Source: Vicugna vicugna (lineage: Eukaryota). From it: a stretch of 64,000 bases of DNA. Below, piece by piece: positions 51,757 through 64,000 of this stretch. Where the stretch lies: NCBI GenBank assembly GCA_013265495.1, contig MU058065.1:6076302-6140301 (forward strand). The letters run 5' to 3'. The translations under genes and the position numbers were made by a program. Position 1 is the first letter of the stretch; each line of letters opens with the position of its first letter. The notes beneath the pieces are model-generated. The model had not been told where the DNA came from, made no database searches, and saw only the letters and a program-made list of their open reading frames with translations.

Positions 51757-54560
51757 TCCTCCTCTTAATACCTTGCTTGCTCAGTAGTTACTACCCTACT
51801 TCTTTGTCCCCTTTGCTGCAAAACCTCTTTCAGGAACTTTCTATTTCCATGATGTTTAACTCCTCTTTTATAGTTCTCTCTTAAAAACCATTTCAGTGGG
51901 GTTTTGACTGTCATGCTACTAAGTCATTCTTGAAAAGGTCACTACGGGCTTTCTCGCTTTCTCAATCCAAAAGCCAATAGTTAGTTCTTGATTCTCTTCT
52001 TTTTTAGTCTATAAGCAGCCTTTGATACGGTTGGTCACCCAGTCCTTCCTGATACACTTTCTTCATTTGGCTTCCAGAGCTGTGCGCTTCCTGACTTTAT
52101 TTTCTACTTTCTAACCAGAAAGTCTCCTTTGCCAATTCCTTGTCTTCTGCACTCCCTCCGAGGCTCAGTCCTTGGTCCTCTTTTATTCTCTACCCAGTTG
52201 GTGATTGCATCCAGTGTCATGGCTTTAAATGCCATTTTCACACCTATATCTCCAGCCCAGATCTTCCCAAACCCCAGACTTGTGTTTCCAACTGCTTGTT
52301 CAGCATTTCCACTTGAGAGTCTAATAATAGACATCTCAAACTCAATTTATTCAAATGGAATATTTCCTTTCCATTCTCAGCTTTATTCTCCCACAGATCT
52401 TGCAAAAGCCACCTCTGTAATTAGACTCAGTGGGGAAGAAAGAAAGTTGATTTGGCCAAATGTTTCTTTAACTTTTCTCCCATGTCTACTGCCCACGTTC
52501 CCTTTCTAGGAAGGGACCAAAACAGCCTTTCACATCCCTTGGTCAGTCTTTTCTTTAGATACTTAGGTGCCCTTCTACTCTGGCTAGTGGCCTTTAGGGT
52601 GGAGTTGGGGGTGGGGGTGGTTTTTCCCTGGGATGGCTATCAGAGGGAATAAAATTCTTCTCCCCTCCTCTTCCTCTGTTTTGGTGGGTTGGAGGGCCAA
52701 AGCCTTGACAGATAATGTTTTATTATCAGCAGGTGTTCCAGATGCCCTGTAACCAGAGCCTAGATTTAGGCCTTCCTTCATCCCCTCACCTGGAGATGAA
52801 CCCTGAAGTAGCTGTTCTGTTCCCTAAGGTCAGCCTGGTGTCAGGGCTGCCTGTTCTCGCCTCCTAAGTGAGCCTGAGGATAAGGGTTTAGCAAACTCAG
52901 TGGGAGTCTTAAACCCACAAGATTATGGTTTCCTGCAAGGAAGTGGAGAGTGTATCTGTTAGGAAATACTTAATTAGGCAACCAGGGCATTCTCTCCTCC
53001 TCTGTGAAGCCTGGATCCAAAGGAGTGTGAGATGTACTGTACCTAGAAATGATCCAGACATCTTCTAGTCCCTGGACTGCAGCTGGGAGAGCAGACAAGG
53101 AGTGCAGAAATCCTAGGCTCAGGGACTAAGTGTCTCGAGGAGCAGCTTTTAGCCTCAAGCCTGATCACATCTATTTAGGAAAATTCCCTCCTTATCAGAC
53201 CTGTCTTGACTCCTCTGCAGAGTCACACTGCTCTCTTTCTCCAGAGCTCTCCTCCCACCACCACCCTCAGCTCCCCAGTTGTGCAGCCACACTCCTGAGT
53301 CAAGGTCTGATTGAAGTGTATCTTTAACCTCCACTTTTTCTCCTTGTATTCCATCTTTTTCTGGTATCTCTTTAATGCCTCGTTAGGCCTGCTTAGTTTT
53401 CCTTAGTCACTGGATTTTATAATCATTGTTGGACAACTTTGAGTCCCATCCCTCCATCACCACCCAAGCCATGAGTGAGACAGGTACCTTGTTGTGAATG
53501 AGTATTTTGAGCTGAGCTGGTAGCAGATAACTCAGGCCTAGCAATTAACCTGCTAGGACTTCAACTTCCTAACCCTGAAGCCAGCCAGGCTTCTTGGCTT
53601 TCTGGGAAGTGACTTCATAGCCAGAATTTTTTTTTCTTAGAACCTCAGACTTCTTGGAATCGGTGCCCTTCTTTAAACTCAGGGTCCAGGGTGGCCAGGT
53701 GCTGGTACAAGTCTGAAGAACGTTTCCCTCAACGAGTTTGCCATGCTTGGACTTTAATAGTCACTGCGATATTGTGTTAAATATGTTTTACTTTTATATT
53801 TGGATGTTTGATTTGATTTGGTTTTCACTGTCTTTTAAAATTTTTTACTATAAAATATTTAATACATACAAAGAAAATATATGGCATATATAAGGAATAA
53901 AGGATAATAAACACCATGTCTCTGCTACTTGCTGCATTTTTAAACATTAAACAATAATATTCAGTTCCTTGTCCCCTCACTTCTCCTTTCCTGTTTGCCC
54001 TCAATGGGATGATTAAAAATAGTGGAAGAGCAATGGGAGAAGCCTTGACGGTCATTCTATTCCCTTATTCTCTGAAAGTGGCCCCAGGCCTACGTCTATC
54101 CAGTGGGAATTTAGGCATTGACCATTGGTGTTGCTTTTGTAACAGGAAAGCTGTTCAGGACACAGTTTATCCCCCTCAGTTCTCCCCCCTCAATAAAATA
54201 GAATATCTCTTGAAGATGCATCTTCCAAGCAGATCTCTGACAGCTTTGTTTTCTTCTTCTGGCCATTTTTACCTCCCTCTTGCCCTTGCCCTCCCTAAAC
54301 TTAGAGTTCTACAATGATTTAGATGGTACCAGGACTACTTCACTGATTTTTTTAATCCTAATCCATTTCATCAGGCTCCCACCAGCTCACTGTCTAAACT
54401 GCCCTGGTTTGCCTGCCAGGTTCAGCCACATGGGCAGAAGAAAGGCAGCTTTCCCTCCTCCCTGGGTGTGTTTGATATTAGTAGTATCTGCTACAGCAGG
54501 CTCATGGAAATCAGCAGCTATGGGCTTTACAGAATTAAGATTATATGTACTCTGAACTCT

Positions 54561-54650
54561 TTTTTTTTTTAATGGAGGTACTGGGGATTGAACTCAGCAT
54601 CTTGTGCATGTTAAGCACACACTCTCCCACTAAGCTGTACCCTCCCCCTG
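54561..54650 (-). mobile_element. tRNA-Ala-derived SINE (camelid Vic-1-like, short form)
   Basis: Poly-T followed by an antisense tRNA head; 14-nt TSD tactctgaactctt at 54548-54561 and 54654-54667. Confidence 0.9.
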
Positions 54651-55073
54651 ACATACTCTGAACTCTTAAGGAATTTATAACCCAGTAGGATGTTAATATA
54701 TACAAATAAACATAGTATATTATAAACATGTCTCAATAAGCTCATTTATTTAAAGGGTTATCTCAGTAATTAACTGTAAGGAAGAAAATTAGCTTAAGTA
54801 AAAAGGAAATTTACTGAAATGGCACAGGGAGATCTGTCAATATCTAATTTCAGGCCACCTAGCCATGTCTCACAGGATCTAGAAAGGTAGCATCTTTCTC
54901 TGGGATCTTAAGATTGCTCATCCCTACCCCTCACAGCGACCTGCTCGCCAGTTTGTTTCTGCCCCTACAAGCTATTAACTGACATGTGGCTTTGGCTTAC
55001 CTTTTTGCTAACTCTGACTAGATCTGTGTGGCCTTTCTAAGTGAGCATCCACTGTGTCCAATGAGAGTCTTTC

Positions 55074-56385
55074 CAGCAGGAATTTTTTACCCTGGGGTGT
55101 ATGGATCCTTTGAGAATTCATGTTTAGAATTCAGGGTCTCACAAACTGGGTTGGGGGAAAATTGCATCTTTATTTTGTTAACCTATAACTGAAGTTTAGC
55201 ATTTCCTTCTGTTACAAATGTAAGCAAGATCAGAATAGCTATCATCCAAAAGTCTACAAATAATAAATGATAGGGAGAGTGCGGAACAAAGGGAACCCTC
55301 TTAGATTGTTGGCAGGAGTGTAAATTGGTGCAACCACTGTGGAAAACAGGAGGTTCCCTAAAAAGCTAAAAATAGAGTTACCATATGATCCAGCAATTCC
55401 ACTCCTGGGCATATATCCTGAAAATATGAAAACTCTACTTTGAAAAGATACATGCACCCCAATGATCATAGCAGCATTATTTACAGTTGCCAACACATGG
55501 AAACAACCCAGGTGCCCATCAACATACAATTGGCTTAAGAAGATTTGGTTATATGTATACACAATGGAATATTACTCAACCATAAAAAGAATGAAATAAT
55601 TGCTATTTGCAGCAACATGGATGCACCTAGAGAATATCATACTAAATGAAGTAAGTCAGAGAAAGACAAATATTATATGGTATCACTTATATGTGGAATC
55701 TAAAAAATAATACAAATGAATCTATATACAAAACAGAAACAGACTCACAGACATGGAAAACAAACTTATGGTTACAAAAGGGGAAAGGGAGGGTGGGGAA
55801 GGATAAATTAGGAGTATGAGATTAATAGATACAATCTACTATACATAAAATAGATAAGCAACAAGGATTTAGTATTTAGCACAGGGAACTATATTCAATA
55901 TCTTATAATAACCTGTAATAGAAAGTAATCTGAAAAATATATGTTTAATGGTAACTTTTCTGTACACCTGAAACTAACACAATATTGTAAATCAACTACA
56001 TTTCAATAAAAAGTAATAAATATAAGTAAAAACTACCATGTCAGCAGTATCTGTGACTTATTCGTCAATAGAAATCACAGCTATTTTCATATCATTTTAT
56101 AGTTGCTGCAAGTATCATGAAATATAGTTCATGCTCACCACTACTTGAAATTATCGTGGTTATTTGACCCACTACTAGATCTGGTAATGTAATGTATTAA
56201 TAAAGAAGTACATGTATTGTATTGATGTATTATTCTGTTATACATTTAAAAAATATTTGAATACAGCATTTTAATTTGTTTCCTTTGTAATCATATATTT
56301 TATTGTATGCATTTAAAAAAGGTCCCAGCCTTCACCAGACTGCAGAGGAGTCCATGGCACACACAAAAAGCTAAGAATCCATGCT
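55074..56385. mobile_element. hAT-Charlie element (Charlie4a-like) split by an L1
   Basis: cctggggtgtatggatcc...taactgaagtttagcatttccttc before the L1; atagaaatcacag...cttcaccagactgc...gtccatggcac...aagaatcc after it. Confidence 0.65.
55228..56017 (+). mobile_element. Cetartiodactyl-type L1 3' end (ORF2 C-terminus + 3'UTR)
   Basis: aagggaaccctc...gtaaattggtgcaaccactgtggaaaac...aataaaaag; TSD aaatgtaagcaa / aaatataagtaa. Confidence 0.93.
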
Positions 56386-59119
56386 CTATGACTTTTGGGT
56401 CACACTTCCAATGTAGAGAATCTGGTTGGTCTAGAGATTGACTTCTCTTGGGTCAGGTGTCCATCCTTGGTCTAATTAGTTGGAGCCAGGGGATCAGGGT
56501 TGCACAGTATAGATATGATCCCCTCATCTTGCCCTTTCAAAGGGGACTATTAGTGAATAGGACATACTTCTAAAGAAGGGAGCTTAACTGAGTTGGCCAC
56601 CTTATTTACTTCATAGTCGTTTGTCATTAGTATTTCACATTCAGAACAGTTTTCTCCCATAGTCATATTGTACCATCCACCTAGAAAATAGGTGCTATTG
56701 ATCATCAGTTGAACCAGGCAACAGAGAGGGTAGATCAGTATGAATCTAGAAAGAGCCCTACTGATGGTACCAAGTAGCCTCATATTAGTGTGGTAAGAAA
56801 ACACAGTTGGTAATTGGAATAATAGCAAAGTTTTGATGTTGAATGAAAAAAATATACTCTCCTCTCCCTTCCAACCCAGGATCCTGGATCCTGGAAGAGC
56901 TACTCCTTCCACACTCATTTTCTCCAAATTATAGATTGTTTCATGTCGAACCTGTCATGAGTAGGCCCAGGATATTCATCTAGGATATGCAGAGTACCAG
57001 GAGAACAGCATGATACTTATACTTGCTCAAAGAAGGGCAAGGGAGATTAGTGCTGAGGATATATGCATTCTTCTAACCTGGGGCTGAGTTAGGAATTTGA
57101 GTGCAGAGATTTCCAGAGAATCTCATTTTCCTGGGATAAACACACAAATGTAGTTGCAAAACATCTTTCCCCACATGACACTGCTTCTCCTTGCCAGCTT
57201 GCCTATGGTTGTGTCATTAATTCTGATAGGTCTGGAGGCACTGATTTGGGCTGGGGCTATTAGTTGGCCGGTTCCTATGGATTTACCTTCTATTTTTCGA
57301 TTCAACATGCTGTTCTTCAGTAAAAAATTTTAAAAAATGCGGTTCTGATTTAACAGACATACCTTTACCCCAGCCCCACCCCCCCAGATCCACCCCTGGC
57401 ATTGCTTCTGTTTGCCTCTAAGAGCAGGGAGTTTTGAAGGTGGGGCTGGGAAATCAGACAAGAAAAATCCTGCCTGCTTTCTGCTGTTCTCTTCAGAGCA
57501 AACTGTGCATAGACCTTTATCATAGAACTGAATGCATTTTGCCAAACCTACAATCATTCATTTATTGCTTTGGACCTAGAACAGTCTGGCTTAGAGAAGG
57601 TGCCAAGTTAGTGATTCTTGAATGAATAAATGTGTTTGTTTCTGTGGCTTGAGACTTTTTCCCTGATTCTACTTTTCAACTATTAATGATCTCCTGCTAT
57701 TAAAGGATTGATTCCGTGTGTGTCTATACATACACCCTGTTCATTTAATAAAGAATTTGAAGCAGCTTTTGAAATAATCCTTTCAATTTTATTATCTCCC
57801 AGTCCTGGAAAACAGTGTCCCAGAGAGTTTGCTACTGAATCTATTTACTGTAGTCTAATGTAGCATCCTAATGTAGTCCTCAGTCCGGCTGCAGCAGGAA
57901 GCAGCCTAGGGATGGCCAGGTTCAATGAGGGAGAAGCTCAGACTACAGGAAGCGGCCATCTGAGAATCTCAGGGCACTGGATTTGAAAGGTGCTGAGGGC
58001 TCAGCACTTCCAGGGGTGCTAGTTATTCCTTCTCTGCAGGACTTAAGGAGGCTCTTGCCTCCCTATCCCTATCTCCCACCCAACCTCCATCCCAGTATGT
58101 CCCTTGCCCAACACTGACTGTTCTTGCTTTTAGAATGCTGATATGAATAGCTTTATAAGGAAAGAACTTGCTGAAATGGCTCTGAGGCTGTGCTGTTTGC
58201 CCTAGCTTAAACTCTGCTGGGCTGTGAGCATGGGAATCTAGGACTGCAAAAGGGAGAACTAAGATGTCCCCAGAGTTCCAATCTCTTGCTTTTCGGACTC
58301 AGTGAGAGATTGGCAGCCAAGGATTCATCTCTAATTGGGCTAGTTGGAGAGGGTCCTCAGCCAGGACTGGGATAAACCTCTATCCCAAAGCTCTGCAGCA
58401 AATATAGCCTATAACCTCCACGAGGCAGTGGCCATGTCTGTACCCCCAAACTGAATTCCTAGCACATACTTCAGGGCTGGGCACGTAGCAGATACTCAGT
58501 AAATATTTGCTGAATGAACCTGATCTCTAGGAGCTCACAGCCTAGTGGGAAAGATAGGAAACAAGTAAACAAATAATTGAAAATTATTATGACTGTTTTA
58601 AGGGAAAAGAATAGAGGGCTATAAGAACAAGTAGATGATGTGGTGAGGGGGCCAGAAGAAGTGACATTTAAACTGAGGTCTGAAAGCTGAGAAGGAACCA
58701 GCCACTTGTAGAGTAGGAGGAGACAGATGCATAGACGAGACCCTTAAGCCCCTGGCCAGTGATTAGTAATACTGAGGAGGAAGTCTAAGTCTGCCTGCCT
58801 GTTTATCTAGATTCTTGTAGGAGATTTGTAGGAAAAAAGAAGGGGTCTACTGTTGATTCATGGTTCGTCTGTTCACCACTGCCCCCACCCCACACCGTCC
58901 CTTACGTATCCAGGTTGGGTTTGTAATGCCTTAGACCCAGTGTTACTAACTGGGAATCAAAGGCTCCAGTGTGTGCCTGGCCATAAGAACAATTACTTGT
59001 TTATGTATCTGACTCCCCAGCCAGACTATGAGCTCCTTGAAGGCAGTGAACTCCATCTTATCCTTAGGACACAGCATACTATCTATAGGCATAGTTCACA
59101 GTTTTGTTTAATGGCTGAA

Positions 59120-59560
59120 TTAATAATAGCAGTTAATATTTATTGAGTGCTTTCTATGTACCAGGTGGTATACTGAGCACTTCACCAGCATTACCTCATT
59201 TAATCCTCTTAATTACTCTCAAATGCAGGTAGTGTTCTTATTCCCATTGTACAACTGGAGAAACTAAGGCTTAGAAAGGTAAAGTAATAGACTTGGGATC
59301 TGAGTGCAAGCAGTTCAACTCCAGAGCCCACGCTCTTTTGCCAGATTAAAATGCTTCTCTGATTCCCTTCAAGTAGCTGATTTCCTTGGAAATCTCAAGG
59401 GAGTGGAATTAATGTCACATACATGATCTCACTAAACAATCCTCACAACCACCTTCGTTGATAGAAGTTATTCTACTCAAAATTTATAGAGAGAAAATTG
59501 AGACTCGAAGAGATTAAGACACTTGACCAAGATCATAGAAAGAATATGTAAGTGATGGGC
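59120..59560 (-). mobile_element. MIR fragments
   Basis: atatttattgagtgctttctatgtaccagg...ctcatttaatcctc...gaaactaaggcttaga; second copy aatcctcacaacc...gacacttgaccaagatcat. Confidence 0.75.
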
Positions 59561-59561
59561 T

Positions 59562-60058
59562 TTTTTTCCCATCTTGTGATACAGCCACTTTATTTTTTAA
59601 AATATTTTTATTGAGTTATAGTCATTTTACAATATTGTGTCAAATTCCAGTGTAGAGCACAATTTTTCAGTTATACATGAACATACATATATTCATTGTC
59701 ACATTTTTTTTCACTGTGAGCTACCACAAGATCTTGTCTATATTTCCCTGTGCTATACAGTATAATCTTGTTTATCTGTTTTGAAATCCCAGTCTGTCCC
59801 TTCCCACTCCCTGCCCCCTTGGCAACCACAAGTTTGTATTCTATGTCTATGAGTCTGTTTCTGTTTTGTATTTATGTTTTTGTTTTGTTTTGTTAGATTC
59901 CACATATGAGCGATCTTATATGGTATTTTTCTTTCTCTTTCTGGCTTACTTCACTTAGAATGACATTCTCCAGGAACATCCATGTTGCTGCAAATGGCGT
60001 TATGTTGTCGGTTTTTATGGCTGAATAGTATTCCATTGTATAAATATACCACATCTAA
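59562..60058 (-). mobile_element. Relatively young L1 3' end (camelid-type)
   Basis: ttattgagttatagtcattttacaat...ccctgtgctatacagt...catccatgttgctgcaaatggc; perfect TSD TGATGGGCT (59553-59561 / 60059-60067). Confidence 0.9.
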
Positions 60059-60282
60059 TGATGGGCTCATTTTTAGAGCCAGGCCCTTGTGACCTGGAGC
60101 CTGTGCTCTGCCTCCATTCTGTGCTAACTCCAGTCACTCAGCCACGAGGCAGGAGTCTGCTCCACTGGCTGTGCTAATGTCCTTTAAAAGTCGTCCAGGC
60201 CTGTTGAGAGCCTGAGATAGATTCCTGAAAGAGGGAACAGAGTGGAGAACAGGCAGAAGAGAGTGCGGGAGTAGAGACTTTA

Positions 60283-61850
60283 TCTTTTATTTTTTAATCT
60301 TTTTGAAAAATTGAGATATAATTCACATACCATAACATTTAGCAAAAAGTATACACCAAAAGTGTACAGTTCTGTGGTTTTAGAATAGTCACAAGATTGT
60401 GTAACTATAACTACTGTCTAATTCCAGAGCCTTTTCATCACCCCCAGAAAGAAGCCCTGTACCCTTTTGCAGTCATTTTTCATTCCCCATATTCTTGGAA
60501 ATCACTAAGCTGCTTTCTGTCTCTATATGGATTTACCTACCCAGAATATTTCATATAAATGGAATCATACAATATATGGTCTTTTGTGTCTGACTTCTTT
60601 CACTTAGCTTTGTTTTCAAGGGCCATCCATTGAAGCAGGTATCAGTCCTTTATTCCTTTCTAAGGCAAAATAATATGTCATTATATGAATGTACCACATT
60701 TTGTTTATTCATTTGTCAGTTGATAGTTGGATTGTTTCCATTTTTGGATTATAATGAATAAAGCTGCTATGAATATTCATGTGTGAGTTTTTGTATGTGC
60801 ATATGTTTTCAGTTCTCTGGGGCATATACCTAGGAGTGCAATTGCTGGGTCATATAGTAACTTTATTTAACTTTTAGAGGAACTGCCAAATTGTTTTTAT
60901 TCCATTAATAAACTTTTAAAATCAAAGTATAAGATGCATACAGACAAGTGCTCATATCATAAGCATACAGGTTGATGAATTATTACAAAATGAACACAGC
61001 CATTGTAATCAGCACCCAAATCAAGAACTAGAAAGTTTCTAGTACTCAGTACATACTGCCTCCAAAGGGTCACTTTTCCTAACTTCTAATATGGTAGATT
61101 AATTTTATCTTTTGAACTTCATATAAATCAAATTATATGATACATACATCATATATATGATATATACTCTTCTGTGTCTGACTTCTTTCACTCAACAAAA
61201 TTTTTTATGAAATTCATTGATGTTAGCAGTACTTTGTTAATTTTCATTTCTATATAACATTTTTTGGTAAGACTATACCACAATTTATTTTTCCATTTGT
61301 GTAAGATATGTACATAGAAGTGGAAAGATTGCTTGCATATGTTTAGATTAGTAGATCTTGCCAAACAGTTTTCCAAAGTGACTATATCAATTTATACTCA
61401 CATAAGCAGTACATAAGAGTTCTGGTTGTACCACATCCTTGTCAACACTTGTGTCATCTGTCTTTTTCCTTTTAGCCATTACAGTGAATGTGTAGTGGTA
61501 GCCTATTGTGGTTTCTTAACTTCCCTAGTGACTAATGAGGTTCTATACATTTTCATGTATTTATGATCATTTAGATGTGTCCAAGCCTTTTGTCAATTTT
61601 CTACTGGGTTATTTATCTTTTTCTTACTGACTTTTCAGAGTTCTTCAAATATTCTGTAAATGAGTCCTTTGTTGATTATATGTATTGCAAACATTTTCTC
61701 CCACTTTATAACTTGCTTTTTTGCTCTCTTATTGTATCTTCTAATGAACGGAAGGTCCTAACTTTGATGTAGTCCACTTTATCAATCTTTTCCTTTATGA
61801 TTTGTGTTCGATTAAGAAATCCTTACCTACCCAAGGTCATGAAGATTAGG
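60283..61850 (-). mobile_element. Nested older L1 fragments (L1MB/L1MC-type)
   Basis: ttgagatataattcacataccataa...catataaatggaatcatacaata...cctaggagtgcaattgctgggtcata...aagaaatccttacctacccaaggtcatgaaga. Confidence 0.85.
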
Positions 61851-62415
61851 CCCTTACCGTGAATGTGTGTTATGGGGAGATGGTGCATCATCACCCTACA
61901 GAGTAAGATTTCGAGGGGAAGAGAGGACACTGTGTCACCCTACAAGGAGCAGGCAGCAGGCGGGGTAGGAGTGGGGAGCCCATGAGATCACAGTCTCCAT
62001 GGGCTGTGTTCCCAGCTGTCAAGCGTGTAATGGGGAGTGAAAGAAAATCCCTTTGGTGGTAGAGATCCTACAGATAATACTGCCGGGTCCTCTAAATCAC
62101 CTCTGTGTCCTATAGACCCAGCTGACTGTCCTCTCTTCTCCACTAAAACAGGGGGCAAATGAAATGTGCAGTCCTGCATAGTGCTCATGCACAGGGCAGG
62201 GATCATGAGCTTTCAGAGCCAGATGCCTGCTCTGTAGCTGCGATTTTCTTTTTGTTACTAAACCTGATGCTTTTTTCTTTTTGGTTTTCACCACCTGGTT
62301 TCATTTCCATTTGAAGAAAGGATGGTGAGGTGGCTGACTTTGAGAAACAGGCTTAACTATCCTCCAGACCAGTTGTCCCCTAATAGGCTGGTTGGAGCCC
62401 CCTCCCTGAGCCAGA

Positions 62416-63778
62416 GCTGACAGGAGCTGCTTGTTCTTCTTGGGAAAGGGGTGGGAGTAGAGAAAGAAGGAATGAGAGTTGCTACTGCACTTTCTGAGGG
62501 GCTCTGAGGATTCCTCCCCCCAAGGAAACCACTTTCGTTCCCCCAGCCCCTTTGCTGCTTGTTAGTTAGAAAGCCATGGTTTGTGCTGGGGCTGGGTGGA
62601 GCTTCGGGGACAGTTTGGGCTCTGGCCCTCCAAAGGGGAGGGGTTGGTTATGGAGCAAGCAAAGGGTCACAGCTTAGGCTGTACCATTTGCTTGTCACCT
62701 TGAGAAGTTCCACCTTGTCTAGCAAAACCTCCTTTCAGAAGCAGCCACCACAAAGGGCTCTTATGAGTGCAGCGGCCCCTGCCCCCACCTTCACTTCCAC
62801 TCCCTTTACCATTATTTTTCTTTTGGGGCAGAGCTGAGGGGCCTTCCTGCTATGACTTTGAGGGGCTGTACTTGTTTTAAAAGGAGATTTAGCGTCTGGA
62901 GCCTCCCCATACCAGAGATTCATTATTCTGATTTTCTAGTTAGAGGACACTCAAGGGGTTAAGTAAAGCGTTCCTTCTCTGGGGCAGGGGGTGTTTTGTC
63001 TTTTCCCCTCTATCAGTCTCTTGAGCTATTTGAAGATTTAAGAAAGAAAGTGAGAGAGTTACATTCTAGTACCACTAGGTCTCAGAGCAGGAATCAGCCT
63101 CCTCCTGGGGAGTGAGAGGTGGGGGATGGGAGGGAGGACTAGATGTCTCACTGGGTGATTTTAAGATGCAGTATAGTGTAGTGGTTGAAGTGTATGTTCT
63201 GAAGTTCAGCTTCCTGGGCCTTCTACTTCCCCATTTTTTAAAAAGATATTAAAAAAACTATTCAGTTTCATTAATTAACATACATTAATTAAGTTCATAA
63301 ATTGTCTAAATAAAGCCTTTCACAGTGAAATGTATGATCCTAGATCAAAATACAGATTACAAAAATTCAGAAACGTTCTTGTTCTTCTGATATAAGAATC
63401 TGAGAATTATGATTTCTATGGTTTACAAAATAGAGGCTAATTATTTGGTAAACATGGATATATATTAATTTTATGACCTTTTAGAGAAGGGTTACCTATA
63501 CTTTTCTTGATTATCTGTGAAGATGTCTTTATTTCAACCATGTCAACTAATATTAATGAATTCTATTGCTTTTATGAAAATACATAGGATTTTAATGAAC
63601 AGCCCCAGCACAAACCATGGCTTTCTAACTAACAGGCAGCACAGGGGCTGAGGGGTCAAAAGTGGTTTCCTGGGTGGCAGGAATCCCCAGAGCCCCTCAG
63701 AAAGTGCCATAGCAGCTCTCATTCCTTCTTTCTCTACTCCCACCCCTTCTCCAAGAAAAACAAGCAGCTCCTGTCAGC
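62416..63778. repeat. Inverted repeat: 179-bp arms 62416-62594 and 63600-63778, 1005-bp spacer
   Basis: Arm 2 reverse-complement aligns to arm 1 without gaps, with about 16 mismatches by manual count (~91%). Confidence 0.97.
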
Positions 63779-64000
63779 AGTCTTTTTATCCTTAAAAAGC
63801 AGTGACACAACCATGTAAAATTTAGAGTGGTCCTCTTTCTTACCTTAATGCAAAGAATGATTCCCTGAACACTTAGCTAGTGGTTGTCAGTAGCTAATAT
63901 CATACTTTTTAGCTGTGGCCTTGGTCAAGTTTCATAACCTCTCTGAGCCCTTGTTTTCTCATATGTTAAATGAGAATGATTTTAGTGCCTCCCTGACAGG
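63165..64000 (+). mobile_element. MIR pieces at ~63165-63230 (5' part) and ~63900-64000 (core)
   Basis: gcagtatagtgtagtggttgaag...cctggg and tagctgtggccttggtcaagtt...aacctctctgagcc. Confidence 0.65.

Larger units (their letters stand above)
49520..52350 (+). mobile_element. Long L2 ORF2 remnant with nested MER20 and L1
   Basis: Pyrimidine-rich L2-like sequence: ctttgaatctcatgtcat, ttcctgatacactttcttcatttggcttcca, ggctcagtccttggtcctctt, catggctttaaatgcca. Confidence 0.7.
8942..64000 (+). other. NHEJ1: Large NHEJ1 intron (after c.588), continuing beyond the window; the orthologous intron harbours IHH enhancers
   Basis: I found no next XLF exon (KLPEACS...) in the window. The sequence is repeat-rich and intronic, with interspersed repeat-free blocks. 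Confidence 0.85.

Noticed and set aside
55254..55562. 102-aa minus-strand ORF (and the 98-aa ORF at 51423-51719)
   Set aside because: Spurious translations of L1 ORF2-end/3'UTR sequence.
62416..63778. Inverted arms as transposon TIRs or a pre-miRNA
   Set aside because: No TSD or known TIR termini seen, no transposase remnant in the spacer, and a 1-kb loop is incompatible with a pre-miRNA.

Overview
Mammalian genomic DNA covering the 5' half of NHEJ1 (XLF/Cernunnos) on the + strand. Four coding exons (1427-1603, 2011-2223, 8157-8295, 8883-8941; 588 nt, XLF residues 1-196) splice in frame at GT-AG sites. The remaining ~55 kb is one large intron whose downstream exon is not in the window. Two tRNA-Ala-derived SINEs and the cetartiodactyl-type L1 3' ends suggest a camelid (inference). 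In human and mouse the orthologous intron is known to carry enhancers of the neighbouring IHH gene. Here it holds several repeat-free, motif-dense blocks (RUNX/SOX/MEF2/AP-1, HOX13/CDX, HNF4/FOXA). Co-oriented CTCF motifs lie at ~3.7 kb (intron 3) and ~32 kb. The most unusual structure is an ungapped 179-bp, ~91% identical inverted duplication of apparently non-TE sequence (62416-62594 / 63600-63778), whose second arm sits inside an apparently split MIR. Repeat subfamily names and TF motifs were identified by eye, and repeat boundaries are approximate. I see no evidence for a new protein-coding system.
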